From an uncultured Mollicutes bacterium (GTDB lineage: Bacteria; Bacillota_I; Bacilli_A; RF39; UBA660), in assembly GCA_946500425.1 (NCBI GenBank), contig CAMMVQ010000001.1, positions 15,056 through 79,055 on the forward strand: DNA of 64,000 nucleotides, in the 5' to 3' direction. The first letter of the stretch is position 1. Each line of letters begins with the position of its first letter. Made by a program: the position numbers and the translations under genes. This document shows positions 48,734 to 59,616 of this stretch, one piece after another. Below the pieces are notes generated by a model. It was given only the letters and a program-made list of their open reading frames with translations. It ran no database searches and was not told where the DNA came from.

Positions 48734-49672
48734 ATGGTTAATATTTATGAAACAAGTAATGGTTATTTTAAAAAGATAGAAAACATAAAAAAAGAGTGCT
48801 GGATTGACCTTGTTAATCCAAGCTTAGAAGAATTAAAAATGGTGTCACAAGAAACTAATACGCCACTTAACATACTTACCAAGTTAATGGATGATGAAGA
48901 GCTTTCTAGAATTGATGCAAGGGGAAACATAAGCTTAATAGTGGTTGATATTCCTTATGTTATAGATACTAATTATAAACACAGATATAATACTGCTCCT
49001 TTAGGTATAATAATTAATAATGATGGCTATTTTATTACCATGTCACTTAAAAAACTACAAATTTTAGATGGTTTTATTAATGATGAAGTAAATGATTTTG
49101 ACGTTAAAAAAAGGACCAAATTTGTTGTTCAAATTTTAATAAAGGTAGCGCAATCTTATCAAAAAGAGTTGGCGGACATAGACCATTATATTAATAATAA
49201 GGAGAAGATACTTTATAAATCAACTAATAACAAGGAATTAATAGACCTTTTAAACATTGAAAAGACGTTAGTATATTTTTCTACCTCGCTAAAAGCTAAC
49301 GAGGCTGTTTTAGAAAAACTATTAAGGGGAAGCGTTTTACCGCTTTATGATGAAGATGTTAGTTTGGTAGAAGACGCCGTAATAGAAAATAAACAAGCAA
49401 TTGAAATGTCAAACATATACCGAGAAATACTAACTAGCATGACTGATACTTATGCAACAATTATTTCAAATAATTTAAATGATGTAATGAAGTTTTTAGC
49501 AGGAATAACAATCGTGTTTTCAATTCCAACCATGGTTGCCTCATTTATCGGTATGAACGTTCCTTTGGGTGAGATGGGGAAATCGCCGGTTAGTTTTATT
49601 TTGATTATCGTTTTTTCAATTGTTTTATCGCTTATTATCGCATTTATTTTGAAAAAAAAGAACATGCTATAA
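48734..49672 (+). CDS. corA: CorA-family Mg2+/Co2+ transporter
   Basis: C-terminal two TM segments with the FIGMNVPLG (GMN) motif. GGAGG RBS. Confidence 0.8.
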   Translation: MVNIYETSNGYFKKIENIKKECWIDLVNPSLEELKMVSQETNTPLNILTKLMDDEELSRIDARGNISLIVVDIPYVIDTNYKHRYNTAPLGIIINNDGYFITMSLKKLQILDGFINDEVNDFDVKKRTKFVVQILIKVAQSYQKELADIDHYINNKEKILYKSTNNKELIDLLNIEKTLVYFSTSLKANEAVLEKLLRGSVLPLYDEDVSLVEDAVIENKQAIEMSNIYREILTSMTDTYATIISNNLNDVMKFLAGITIVFSIPTMVASFIGMNVPLGEMGKSPVSFILIIVFSIVLSLIIAFILKKKNML

Positions 49673-49708
49673 TAAACGTGATATAATACGTAGATAGGTG
49701 GTGGTTAA

Positions 49709-50830
49709 ATGAATTTAACAAAGAAAAACGTAAAAGAAATAATGAAATTAATTATTTTTGCCGGCATAATATTATGGATAGTATTTAACTACAAGTTATT
49801 CATTGATTTTATTCAGTTTTTATTTAGGTTATTGCTCCCGATTATAGTTGGGGTTTGTATCGCTTTTATACTAAACGTACCAATGAAGATGATTGAAAGA
49901 AAACTATTTAAGATTGATAAAAGGAAGCATAAAAAATTAATTAGAGGAATAAGTCTTACCTTATCAATTATTTTGATTTTTGGAATAATAGCTTTAATCA
50001 TGTTTCTTGTTATTCCAGAGTTTATTTCTGCCATTAGCGCGATAAGTAAAAATTTACCTAAGAACGTAGAATGGCTTAATGAGATAGCTGATAAATTAGC
50101 TAATTTATATCCAGATATAAAAGGTTATTTTAAAAGTTTTGACTTTAATACGATTATAAATAACTCGTTTTTATCAGCTTCAAACATAATTTCTACGATG
50201 ATTGGTTTCTTATCAAGTTTAGTTTCTAGGGTAATAACTTTTTGTATAGGTTTTATTTTATCAATCTATATTTTAATAGATAAAGAAAAATTGGCTAGAC
50301 AAACAAAAAAATTATTAAATGCTTTTTTTTCAAACGAAGTTACTAATGAAGTGGTGAGGGTGGTAAAACTAACTAATAATACTTTTACGAACTTTCTTAC
50401 TGGACAATGTTTGGATGCGGTTTTGTTTTCTATTTTGTTTTTTGTGTGCATGACGATCCTTGGTATGCCATACGCCTTAATAATTTCGGTTTTACTTGCG
50501 GTGACGGCGCTTATTCCTTACATAGGAGCGTTTATAACACTTGTTATTGGGGCGATATTAATCGCGGTGACCGACCCAATAAAATCTTTGTGGTATGTTA
50601 TTTTGTTCCTTGTGTTGCAGCAAGTTGATGGTAATTTAATGTATCCTAAGATAGTTGGAAAATCGGTTGGCCTACCAGCTATTTGGGCACTTGTTGCAGC
50701 TTTAATTGGTGGCAGCATGTTTGGCTTTATTGGAATGATTATAAGTATTCCTATATCATCTATTTTGTACACCATCTTAAGAGAATGGATAAACGAAAGA
50801 ATTAGAAAAAAACAGCGTTTAAAATCTTGA
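49709..50830 (+). CDS. AI-2E family (UPF0118/PerM-like) transporter
   Basis: Eight-TM architecture with a ...IPYIGAFITLVIGAIL... segment. Confidence 0.65.
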   Translation: MNLTKKNVKEIMKLIIFAGIILWIVFNYKLFIDFIQFLFRLLLPIIVGVCIAFILNVPMKMIERKLFKIDKRKHKKLIRGISLTLSIILIFGIIALIMFLVIPEFISAISAISKNLPKNVEWLNEIADKLANLYPDIKGYFKSFDFNTIINNSFLSASNIISTMIGFLSSLVSRVITFCIGFILSIYILIDKEKLARQTKKLLNAFFSNEVTNEVVRVVKLTNNTFTNFLTGQCLDAVLFSILFFVCMTILGMPYALIISVLLAVTALIPYIGAFITLVIGAILIAVTDPIKSLWYVILFLVLQQVDGNLMYPKIVGKSVGLPAIWALVAALIGGSMFGFIGMIISIPISSILYTILREWINERIRKKQRLKS

Positions 50831-50894
50831 CCTTAAGGCTTATGTGGTTTATAATATTGTTATAAGTAGTAATGATTACTATTTAGAGGTGCTT

Positions 50895-51281
50895 ATGAGA
50901 TACTCGAAACAACGTGAAGAAATATTAAAAATAGTTAGCGAAGCAGAAGATCATCCAACCGCAATGATGGTTTATGACAGGGTAAAAAAGATAATGCCTC
51001 ATGTTAGTCTTGGGACGGTTTATCGTAATCTTAACGTGTTAGCTACCGAGGGTGTTATAAGTAAGATTCCGATGAAAGATGGTTATGACAGGTTTGATAA
51101 AACCACTAATAATCATAATCATTTATACTGTGAAAAGTGCGGTAAAATAATTGATATAGATAGTTGTTTTACGAATGAGGAGTTACGTAAGCTAGAAGAG
51201 AAAACAGGATTTAAAATTACAAATTGTAATTTTAAAATAAATGGAATATGCGCTAAGTGCGCAAAGGAAAGGAAGGAATAG
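50895..51281 (+). CDS. perR: Fur-family regulator (PerR-like)
   Basis: DNA-binding helix ...[16 protein letters not shown]..., [12 protein letters not shown] and a C-terminal CxxC. GAGGTG RBS. Confidence 0.8.
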   Translation: MRYSKQREEILKIVSEAEDHPTAMMVYDRVKKIMPHVSLGTVYRNLNVLATEGVISKIPMKDGYDRFDKTTNNHNHLYCEKCGKIIDIDSCFTNEELRKLEEKTGFKITNCNFKINGICAKCAKERKE

Positions 51282-51283
51282 AC

Positions 51284-51823
51284 ATGGAATTAAAAGGTTC
51301 TAAAACAGAAGCAAATTTAATGACCGCTTTTGCAGGAGAAAGTCAAGCAAGAAATAAGTATACTTATTTTGCTAGTAAGGCAAAAAAGGATGGATATGAG
51401 CAAATAGCAGCCATCTTTGAAGAAACTGCTAATAATGAAAAAGAGCATGCTAAAATGTGGTTTAAACTTTTAAATGGTGGTGAAATTGGTAGTACTGCTG
51501 AAAACTTAAAAGCCGCTGCTGAAGGTGAAAACTACGAGTGGACTGATATGTATGCAGGTTTTGCTAAAACGGCAAAAGAAGAAGGTTTTGACCATATAGC
51601 TTACCTTTTTGAAGAAGTAGCTAAAATAGAAAAAGAACATGAAGAAAGATACTTAACCTTACTTGGAAACGTAAATGATAACTTAGTGTTCCAAAAAGGT
51701 GAAGAAACCGTTTGGATTTGTCGTAACTGTGGACATGTTTACGTTGGTAAAGAAGCACCAAAAGTATGCCCAGTATGTTCTCATCCTCAAAGCTATTTTG
51801 AAAAAAGAGCTAAAAATTACTAA
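51284..51823 (+). CDS. rbr: Rubrerythrin (ferritin-like diiron domain plus C-terminal rubredoxin-like CxxC-x12-CxxC)
   Basis: [14 protein letters not shown] and E..H motifs. [20 protein letters not shown]. Confidence 0.9.
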   Translation: MELKGSKTEANLMTAFAGESQARNKYTYFASKAKKDGYEQIAAIFEETANNEKEHAKMWFKLLNGGEIGSTAENLKAAAEGENYEWTDMYAGFAKTAKEEGFDHIAYLFEEVAKIEKEHEERYLTLLGNVNDNLVFQKGEETVWICRNCGHVYVGKEAPKVCPVCSHPQSYFEKRAKNY

Positions 51824-51838
51824 TTAAGTAAAGAAATA

Positions 51839-51867
51839 AAAGAAGATTTATTACTTCTTTTATTTTT
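51839..51867 (+). terminator. Rho-independent terminator after rbr
   Basis: aaagaag / cttcttt stem followed by tatttttg. Confidence 0.6.
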
Positions 51868-52074
51868 GTCTAAAAATTAACAAGTAAATAACGGAATTTA
51901 AAAATAAATAGTTAAATTTATTTAACATTTAGTCTTTTTTTTATTATAAATTAATATTATAATATAGATATAAATATGGTTATTTTACATTTTTTGCTAA
52001 ATATGTAAAAAAGTTGACATTTTACCTTGATTGTGATAGTATAGAGGGCATTCAAACAAAAGGGGGAGTTTTGT

Positions 52075-53940
52075 ATGGAGGAAAAAAGAGGAATGACAAT
52101 TAAGGACTTATTAATAAGATTAATATTAATAGTTATTTTTGTGTTTTTACTTATATGGTTATTTCCTATGCCAGATTTAAAACCATTGAACAATCAAATC
52201 TTCGCTGATAACATTGACCGTATGAAAGACGTTGCGAAAAGTTATTATACGGTTGAACGTTTACCAAAGGAGTTAAACGAGTCCAAAAGGATGACCTTGA
52301 AGGAAATGATTGATCAACATCTTATTTTGCCTTTAATGGATTCAAATGGTAAGTATTGTAGCGAGGATGATTCTTATATTGAAATTACTAAGGCGCAAGA
52401 CGAATACGTAATTAAGGTATACTTATCATGTACTGATAAACAAGATTACATTATAACTCACTTTGGATGTTATGATATTTGTAGTGATACTTGTAAGGCG
52501 CTTGAAACCACAACGCAAAATTGCGGTGGTAACGTATGTAACACTCAGGGCGGTGGAAAGGTAACCACCAAAAATAATAATGGCAAAATATTTGAATACA
52601 AGTACGTAAGAAACGTTTGTACACAAGATTTTGCTGGATACTTCTGTCCTTCGGGATATTATCTAGCAGGTGATGTTTGTATTAAAAATGGCTCTCAAAC
52701 GATAACCGTTGATGCGGATAAGCACGTTTCAAACATCACTTCAACTGATACTAAGGACGCTAAGGCAATCGTTGATAGTTCAACCGAGTTAGTTGATGCA
52801 ACTTGTAAGAACGAAATTCAAACTTCTACGATTGATGCTAACAAGTCTAGCGTTTTAGTCAATGCAACTTTAAAAATAAAGAACCAAACGGTTACCGCTG
52901 ATAAGATTAATTCTTATGACGTTAAAGGTGCGGTGATAAAACGTAAAACAATTAATTCGGATTACATATTAACCCAAAAATATGATGTTATAACCGCAAC
53001 TAAATATGCTACTGGTTATAAGTGGGCTTATGCCTCTACCATAACTACTACTGATAGTAGCCTAAGTTACGTTGGTGAAAACGAGAAAATACTTTTAGTT
53101 GATACTTATGAATTGCCAACTTGTGATACTTGTGTAACAACCGTTAAGTATTATAAGTATTATAAATATACAAAACAAGCAACGGGGTACTCATATTCGT
53201 GTGACGCTTTCCCGGGATATACTAAGTATGGCGAAGATAAGTGCCGTAAACCAATTGGTAGCCCGGTTAAGGCTTGTCCTGATGGATATAATCCAAATGG
53301 TTCTGTATGTACCAGGGTTGAGGAAACGATGAGTTGTGATAAGTATGGTTCTGGTTACGTTCTAAACGAAAGTGCTAAAACGTGTACCAAAACAACCACA
53401 ACTTACAGGTGTCCAGAAGGAACCAGTAAGACCAATGATGAAAGGTATTGTACGAAACCCGTTAAATCATACGAGTGTCCTCCAGGAACTTACGAAACAG
53501 CAGACGAAACTAAGTGTAGTAAAACAAGTTATAGTTGTCCTCCTAACACGAGCGATAAAACTTACGTTTTAAACGGAACTAAATGTACGGTTCAATCTAA
53601 GGTTAAGGTATGTACATGTCCGCCAGGAACCGATAAAACTGCTGATGAAACCAAGTGTGCTAAGAAAAACACCACGACTAGGTATAGTTGTGAGGATTAT
53701 CCGGGGTATACTTTAAACGGAACTAAGTGTACTAAGACTACGACAACTCAGAAGGTTACCTATTCATGTGATGCTGGTTATAACTTAACTGGTACCAAGT
53801 GTATTAAGACGGTTGATACCACTGATACTAAAAAGGCCGAGAAGAAATATAATACTACATGTAATAATGAGTATATTTGGTCTACTAGAACTTCTATAAA
53901 CGGATGGACGTTTACCGGAGAGAAAAGAGAAATTTACTAA
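52075..53940 (+). CDS. Membrane-anchored surface protein with C-terminal Cys-rich tandem repeats
   Basis: N-terminal TM LILIVIFVFLLIWLF. At least 9 degenerate units of about 20-25 aa of the form Y-x-C-P-x-G-T-x-K-T-x-D-E-x-K-C-x-K (YECPPGTYETADETKCSK, CTCPPGTDKTADETKCAK, YSCDAGYNLTGTKCIK...). Confidence 0.6.
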   Translation: MEEKRGMTIKDLLIRLILIVIFVFLLIWLFPMPDLKPLNNQIFADNIDRMKDVAKSYYTVERLPKELNESKRMTLKEMIDQHLILPLMDSNGKYCSEDDSYIEITKAQDEYVIKVYLSCTDKQDYIITHFGCYDICSDTCKALETTTQNCGGNVCNTQGGGKVTTKNNNGKIFEYKYVRNVCTQDFAGYFCPSGYYLAGDVCIKNGSQTITVDADKHVSNITSTDTKDAKAIVDSSTELVDATCKNEIQTSTIDANKSSVLVNATLKIKNQTVTADKINSYDVKGAVIKRKTINSDYILTQKYDVITATKYATGYKWAYASTITTTDSSLSYVGENEKILLVDTYELPTCDTCVTTVKYYKYYKYTKQATGYSYSCDAFPGYTKYGEDKCRKPIGSPVKACPDGYNPNGSVCTRVEETMSCDKYGSGYVLNESAKTCTKTTTTYRCPEGTSKTNDERYCTKPVKSYECPPGTYETADETKCSKTSYSCPPNTSDKTYVLNGTKCTVQSKVKVCTCPPGTDKTADETKCAKKNTTTRYSCEDYPGYTLNGTKCTKTTTTQKVTYSCDAGYNLTGTKCIKTVDTTDTKKAEKKYNTTCNNEYIWSTRTSINGWTFTGEKREIY

Positions 53941-53970
53941 TTAGTATTAAAAGAATAATTGGGGGGGTAT

Positions 53971-53997
53971 GAAGGCTTTTGGTAAGCCTTCTTTTTT
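53971..53997 (+). terminator. Rho-independent terminator
   Basis: gaaggctt / aagccttc stem followed by a T6 run. Preceded by a G7 tract. Confidence 0.7.
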
Positions 53998-54023
53998 GAT
54001 ATAATTATTTTGGTGGTGGTAAT

Positions 54024-56189
54024 ATGTACGTTGAGGTTTTGGTGGAAACCAAGGTAAAAAGTAATGACATGACCTTTACTTATTACGTGCCTAATATTTT
54101 TGATAATGATTTGATTGGAAAAAGAGTTTTAGTACCCTTTGGAAAAAGAATTATAGAAGGTTTTGTAATTAATTATACGCATAAACCAGAAGGCTATGAT
54201 GTTAAGTCGGTTTTAAAGGTTATTGATGAGGAAAGAGTATTGAATGATGAGCTAATAGAACTTGGAAAGTTTATTAGTGATAAGTATTTATGCCCACTAA
54301 TATATTCATATCAAGTAATGTTACCAAAGGCTTTAAAGGCGAATGCGAAAGTTACTTCTGGTGCAAAAAAATTAACTTATGTTAAACTTAATGAAGAACT
54401 TAATAAAGCAGAAATAAAGGTAAGGGAACAATTAGCGATAATTAATCTTTTAAAAGAAAATAAGGAAGTTTTAAAAAGCTCAATTAAAAGTAAAGCTTCT
54501 TTGAAAAAATTAATTGAGAAAAACATAGTAATAGAGTATACGAAGGAAGTATATCGTTTATTTGATGAAGAAAAAGATGAAAAAAAGATTATTTTGACCC
54601 AAGCTCAAAAAGAAGTGAGTTTAGCGATTCAAAAGAGATTTAAAACTAATAAAGTAATCTTGCTTCATGGAGTTACTGGCTCGGGAAAAACGGAAGTTTA
54701 CATTGACATTGTAAAAAGTGTAATAAAACGCGGAATGACTGCTATTATGCTTGTTCCTGAAATAAGTCTTACTCCTCAGATTAACGCTAGGTTTAAAGGT
54801 ATCTTTAAGGGCGCGGTGGCCATTTTGCATTCGGCTTTATCAGATGGAGAAAGGCACGATGAGTTTAGAAGGATAAACAGGGGAGAAGTAAAGGTTGTAA
54901 TAGGGGCACGTAGTGCTATTTTTGCTCCCTTAAAAAACATTGGAATAATAATAATTGATGAAGAGCATTCTGAAAGCTATAAACAAGAAAATAATCCCAG
55001 GTATAATACTTTGGACATTGCGGTAAAACGTTCTGAAACTCATAATTGTCCGGTTTTATTAGGAAGCGCAACTCCTACCATAGAAAGTTACGCACGCGCT
55101 AAAAAAGGATATTATGAACTTTTAAAGCTGGATAAAAGGGTTAATGAAAAACCTCTTCCTAAGGTTATGATAGTCGACATGAAAGGCGAGATAAGAAAAG
55201 GTAATACGATTATTTCAGGAGTTCTAAGAGAAGAAATTATAAAAACTTTAGCCAAAAACGAACAGGTTATGTTACTTATTAATCGCCGCGGGTACGCTAA
55301 TTATCTTTCTTGTAAAAATTGTGGTTTCACCTTTAAGTGTCCCAACTGTGATATAACTTTAACTTATCATAAGACTTCAGGAATGATGCGGTGCCATTAT
55401 TGTGGGTATGCAACAAAAAAAGTTAACGTTTGTCCGTCGTGCAAAGCGGAAGCTTTAAGGGAAGTTGGTGGCGGAACCGAAAAAATAGAAGAGTTTATAA
55501 AAAACGAATTTCCATCTAGTAAGGTTTTAAGGATGGACGCTGATACTACCAGTAAAAAAGGCTCCCATTTTAAAATAATTAACGATTTTAACTCTGGGGA
55601 TTATAATATATTGGTTGGAACACAAATGATTTCTAAAGGGCTTAATTTTCCTAACGTTACTTTGGTTGGCGTTATAAACGGTGATTCATCTTTAAACGTT
55701 CCTAATTTTAGAAGTAGTGAAAACACTTTTAATTTACTTGACCAGGTAACAGGAAGAGCGGGACGACACGATAAAGAGGGAAAAGCGATAATTCAAACCT
55801 TTAACCCTGAACATTATAGTATCGTTTGCGCGGCAAAACATGATTACGAGGGGTTCTTTAACCGCGAAATGTTTATTAGAAAAAGACTTAATTATCCACC
55901 ATACTGTTTTATAACGTTAATTAAAATATCATCTAAGGACTTTAATTACGGAATTAACGAAGCTAAAAAAATAAACGTTTATTTAAGGGATAATTTAAGT
56001 AAAACAACCAGTATACTAGGACCGTCAATGGCTAGTGTTTTAAAAGTTAACAACGTTTATAATTTTCAAATAATACTAAAATATAAAAAAGATGATAAAT
56101 TATATAAAGAGCTTAAGAATATAATTAAATTGTATGAAGCTAATAATAAAGTAAAAATAGAAATAGATTTTAATCCAATTAGTTTATAA
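54024..56189 (+). CDS. priA: Primosomal protein N' (PriA helicase)
   Basis: Walker A GVTGSGKTE, DEEH box, and a Cys4/Cys4 zinc-binding region (CKNCGFTFKCPNC...CHYCG...CPSC). Confidence 0.9.
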   Translation: MYVEVLVETKVKSNDMTFTYYVPNIFDNDLIGKRVLVPFGKRIIEGFVINYTHKPEGYDVKSVLKVIDEERVLNDELIELGKFISDKYLCPLIYSYQVMLPKALKANAKVTSGAKKLTYVKLNEELNKAEIKVREQLAIINLLKENKEVLKSSIKSKASLKKLIEKNIVIEYTKEVYRLFDEEKDEKKIILTQAQKEVSLAIQKRFKTNKVILLHGVTGSGKTEVYIDIVKSVIKRGMTAIMLVPEISLTPQINARFKGIFKGAVAILHSALSDGERHDEFRRINRGEVKVVIGARSAIFAPLKNIGIIIIDEEHSESYKQENNPRYNTLDIAVKRSETHNCPVLLGSATPTIESYARAKKGYYELLKLDKRVNEKPLPKVMIVDMKGEIRKGNTIISGVLREEIIKTLAKNEQVMLLINRRGYANYLSCKNCGFTFKCPNCDITLTYHKTSGMMRCHYCGYATKKVNVCPSCKAEALREVGGGTEKIEEFIKNEFPSSKVLRMDADTTSKKGSHFKIINDFNSGDYNILVGTQMISKGLNFPNVTLVGVINGDSSLNVPNFRSSENTFNLLDQVTGRAGRHDKEGKAIIQTFNPEHYSIVCAAKHDYEGFFNREMFIRKRLNYPPYCFITLIKISSKDFNYGINEAKKINVYLRDNLSKTTSILGPSMASVLKVNNVYNFQIILKYKKDDKLYKELKNIIKLYEANNKVKIEIDFNPISL

Positions 56190-56217
56190 TTAACTTTAAA
56201 ATAGGGGGTGAAAAGTT

Positions 56218-56895
56218 GTGAATGAAAAAATTATAATATTTGATTTTGATGGTACTTTAACGAAACGCAAAATACCATTTTATCCCGGTATTTTTAAAAC
56301 TTGTCTTAGCTCTAAAACAAGTTTGCTAAAAGCGCTTAGCGTTCTATCAAACAATGCCAAAAACTTTGATTCTGACTTTTACTTGAACTATTATAATTTT
56401 TTATTTGAAGTTTTTAACACTTTTGGTAATGAAGAAAATAATTTGTTTTATGGTTCTGATAAGGTAGATTTCAACCCAGGGGTTATTAGCTTTTTTAAAT
56501 CCATGAACAGAAATAAGAACGTTAAAAAATACATTTTAACGTCCGGATTAGAAGAATACGTTAAAAAAACCAAAATCTCACCATACGTAAACGGAATTTA
56601 TGGTACTAGGTATAGAATTGAAAACGGCGTTTTAACGCCAACGTTTATCTTGACTGGTGAAAGAAAACCAGAAGTAATAAAAGAAATTATTGGTAATAAA
56701 GATTGTGATTCCGTGTATGTTGGCGATGGTTTAACTGATGTTTCTGCTTTTAGCTATGTGAAAGCACATGGCGGTAAAACGGTTTTGGTTGGCTCAAGAA
56801 AAAAAGATGCAAGAGAAACGAAGGAAGTGGTTGATTATTATTTTGATGCAGATTTTACTAAAGAAAGCAAACTATATAAATATTTAAGAGGATGA
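56218..56895 (+). CDS. HAD-superfamily hydrolase
   Basis: Motif I IIIFDFDGTLT and motif IV GDGLTD. GTG start. Confidence 0.7.
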   Translation: MNEKIIIFDFDGTLTKRKIPFYPGIFKTCLSSKTSLLKALSVLSNNAKNFDSDFYLNYYNFLFEVFNTFGNEENNLFYGSDKVDFNPGVISFFKSMNRNKNVKKYILTSGLEEYVKKTKISPYVNGIYGTRYRIENGVLTPTFILTGERKPEVIKEIIGNKDCDSVYVGDGLTDVSAFSYVKAHGGKTVLVGSRKKDARETKEVVDYYFDADFTKESKLYKYLRG

Positions 56896-56899
56896 TAAT

Positions 56900-57544
56900 A
56901 TGAATAAAGCAAAAAACATAGTAGATTTTTATGTATTAGCAAACACGTTAAAGTATAAAATAAGAACTGGTTGGGTAGAAATAGACATAAAAAAAGAAAG
57001 GCTTGAAAGTGTGGCTGAACACATTTATGGGGCCCTTATTTTAGCAATTGCAATTTGTCTTGAATATGATTGCAAAGTTGACTTAAAAAAGGTTTTAATC
57101 ATGCTTACTTTTCACGAACTAGAAGAAATTGAAATTGGTGATTTAACCTTAAGGTCTGGTGTTACTAAAGAAGAAAAGCTAAAACTTGGCAAAAAAGCTG
57201 TTCATAAAATTACCCAAGGACTTGAAAACCAAGCTTTAATAGAAGACTTATTAGATGAGTTTAACGAAAGAAAAACAAAAGAAGCTAAGTTTTGCTATTT
57301 GATAGATAAAATAGAGTGTGATTTTCAGGCTAAAATATATGATTTAATGGGTGCTTTTCAACTGGAAAAGGCCAAGGAAGACCTTTTATATTATGGAGAT
57401 TTGGCAGGATTAGTTAAAGAACGCGCTAAATGTGCCAGTGATTACTGGATTGAGTATGATAAACTAAAGTTCCAAGAAGATGAAATATTTAAAAAGTTAA
57501 TAGATGAAATTCAAAAATTAAAAACCATAGATATAGAAACTTAA
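56900..57544 (+). CDS. HD-domain hydrolase (YfbR-like 5'-deoxynucleotidase type)
   Basis: H...HD-like VAEHIYGALILA ... FHELEEIEIGD. Confidence 0.6.
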   Translation: MNKAKNIVDFYVLANTLKYKIRTGWVEIDIKKERLESVAEHIYGALILAIAICLEYDCKVDLKKVLIMLTFHELEEIEIGDLTLRSGVTKEEKLKLGKKAVHKITQGLENQALIEDLLDEFNERKTKEAKFCYLIDKIECDFQAKIYDLMGAFQLEKAKEDLLYYGDLAGLVKERAKCASDYWIEYDKLKFQEDEIFKKLIDEIQKLKTIDIET

Positions 57545-57551
57545 AAATTGC

Positions 57552-57580
57552 TTGTAACGCTTATGTTTATGTGTTATAAT
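57552..57580 (+). promoter_or_regulatory. Promoter upstream of rpsB (TTGTAA-17-TGtTATAAT)
   Basis: Extended -10. The leader is about 120 nt. Confidence 0.45.
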
Positions 57581-57702
57581 ATCCATGGCTTTTCTAAGAA
57601 GAAAAGAAATACACACAAGTTTGGATTTATGATTCGAGTGTCCGAAGAGGATGGATTGTAAAGTTGAAGAACTTGGAGGAAATAACGAAGGAGGGAAAGA
57701 AA

Positions 57703-58686
57703 ATGCCAGTTGTATCGATGAGTTATCTTTTAGAAGCTGGAGTTCATTTTGGACACCAAACTAAAAGATGGAACCCAAAGATGAAAGAGTATATCTTTAC
57801 TGCAAGAGATGATATATATATCATTGACTTACAAAAGACGGTAAAGAAAATTGAAGAAGCTTATGCTGCTTTAAAAGAAATTGCCGCTAACGGTGGAAAG
57901 GTTATCTTTGTTGGAACTAAAAAACAAGCTCAAGAATCCGCTGAAGAAGAGGCAAAAAGGTCAGACAGTTATTATGTTGCTAAACGTTGGTTAGGAGGAA
58001 CTTTAACTAACTTTAGAACAATAAGAAGAAGAATTAACCGTCTAGATCAAATTGAAAAAATGGAAAAAGATGGTACTTTTGATAAGTTACCTAAAAAAGA
58101 AGTTGTTAAAATTCGTAAGGAGTATGATAAACTTAATTCATATTTCTGTGGTTTAAGAGAAATGAAAAGAATACCACAAGCCATGATTATCGTTGATCCA
58201 AAAAAGGAAATTAACGCGATAAACGAAGCTAGAAAATTAGGAATTCCAGTATTTGGTATCGTAGATACTAACTGTGATCCAGATTTAGTTGATTATGTTA
58301 TTCCGGGAAATGACGATGCTATTCGTGCGGTTAAAATCGTGCTTGGTGTTTTAAATAATGCAATTTGTGAGGCTACTGGTAAGCCAATAGAAGATTATGT
58401 TACTGAAGAAGATAAAACTAAGGTTGCTGCAAAAGAATCAGCAAAAGACGTTAAAGAAGCTGTAAGTGAAGTGAAAAAAGCAGCTGCTAAGAAAGAAGAT
58501 AAAAAGGTTGTTAAGGCTGAAGAAGAACCAGTAAAACCAAATGAAGAAAAAGAAGTTTTAGAAAACCAAACAACTGATTTATCTAAGAAAACAGTAGCAG
58601 AATTAAAAGCAATGGCAAAAGCAGCTAAAATAGAAGGATATTCTAAGCTTAAAAAAGATGAGCTTATCGCAGCTTTAACAAAATAA
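57703..58686 (+). CDS. rpsB: 30S ribosomal protein S2 with a 70-80 aa C-terminal K/E/A-rich extension ending in a Rho_N/SAP-like helix-hairpin
   Basis: [28 protein letters not shown]2 signature. AAGGAGGG RBS. The C-terminal ...[31 protein letters not shown] resembles Rho N-terminal-domain motifs. Confidence 0.9.
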   Translation: MPVVSMSYLLEAGVHFGHQTKRWNPKMKEYIFTARDDIYIIDLQKTVKKIEEAYAALKEIAANGGKVIFVGTKKQAQESAEEEAKRSDSYYVAKRWLGGTLTNFRTIRRRINRLDQIEKMEKDGTFDKLPKKEVVKIRKEYDKLNSYFCGLREMKRIPQAMIIVDPKKEINAINEARKLGIPVFGIVDTNCDPDLVDYVIPGNDDAIRAVKIVLGVLNNAICEATGKPIEDYVTEEDKTKVAAKESAKDVKEAVSEVKKAAAKKEDKKVVKAEEEPVKPNEEKEVLENQTTDLSKKTVAELKAMAKAAKIEGYSKLKKDELIAALTK

Positions 58687-58741
58687 TAAAATAAGATGAT
58701 TTTTATAATCATCTTTTAAACGTAAAAAGGAGAGGAATAAA

Positions 58742-59614
58742 ATGAACGCAAGTTTAATTAGAGAGTTAAGGGACATTTCTGGAGCTGGAATGATGGATTG
58801 TAAAAAAGCTTTAGAAGAAAATGATAACGATATTAAAAAAGCGTCTGAGTGGTTAAGAGAAAAGGGAATTGCAAAAGCTGCTAAGAAAGCTGATAGAATA
58901 GCAGCTGAAGGTTTATCAACCGTAAAAGTTGATGGTAACAAGGCAGTTATATTAGAGATTAACTGTGAAACTGATTTCGTTGCAAAAAACGAAAAGTTTC
59001 AAAAGTTTGTTAATGACGTAGCAGATACTATTTTATCAAGTAATGCTAAAACTATGGAAGAAGCTTTAGAATTATCATGCGATGCTGGTAAATTAAGTGA
59101 CTATGTTACTAACATGACGGCAACCATTGGAGAAAAAATTTCATTTAGAAGATTTGCTTTAGTATCTAAAGCTGATGATGAACATTTTGGAGCTTACATC
59201 CATATGGGTGGTAAAATTTCAGTTTTAAGTATTATTAAAGGAGCTAGTGAGGCGGTTGCAAAAGACGTTTCAATGCACGCAGCTGCTATGCGTCCTGAAT
59301 ACGTAAGAAAAGACCAAGTTCCAGCTGAACAAGTAGAAAAAGAAAAGAAAATTTTAACTGAGCAAGCAATTTCAGAAGGAAAACCTGCAAATATTGCCGA
59401 AAAAATGGTGATGGGTAGAATTTCTAAGTACTATAAGGAAATATGCCTTGAAGAACAGGACTTCGTTAAGGACAATGGTGTTACGGTTGCAAAATATGTT
59501 AGCAATAACGGCGGACAAATTATCGATGTTATAAGGTATGAAGTTGGCGAAGGAATGGAAAAACGCCAAGAGAATTTTGCCGAAGAAGTAGCTGCTCAAA
59601 TGAAAGGTGAATAA
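58742..59614 (+). CDS. tsf: Elongation factor Ts
   Basis: LRDISGAGMMDCKKAL UBA-like N-terminus. Typical 290-aa length. Confidence 0.95.
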   Translation: MNASLIRELRDISGAGMMDCKKALEENDNDIKKASEWLREKGIAKAAKKADRIAAEGLSTVKVDGNKAVILEINCETDFVAKNEKFQKFVNDVADTILSSNAKTMEEALELSCDAGKLSDYVTNMTATIGEKISFRRFALVSKADDEHFGAYIHMGGKISVLSIIKGASEAVAKDVSMHAAAMRPEYVRKDQVPAEQVEKEKKILTEQAISEGKPANIAEKMVMGRISKYYKEICLEEQDFVKDNGVTVAKYVSNNGGQIIDVIRYEVGEGMEKRQENFAEEVAAQMKGE

Positions 59615-59616
59615 AC

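Noticed and set aside
53961-53967. G7 tract before the priA terminator hairpin, considered as a phase-variation site
   Set aside because: It lies in a 3' intergenic region between a terminator and the priA RBS with no obvious regulatory target. The G7 tract inside the 26779 promoter is the better candidate.
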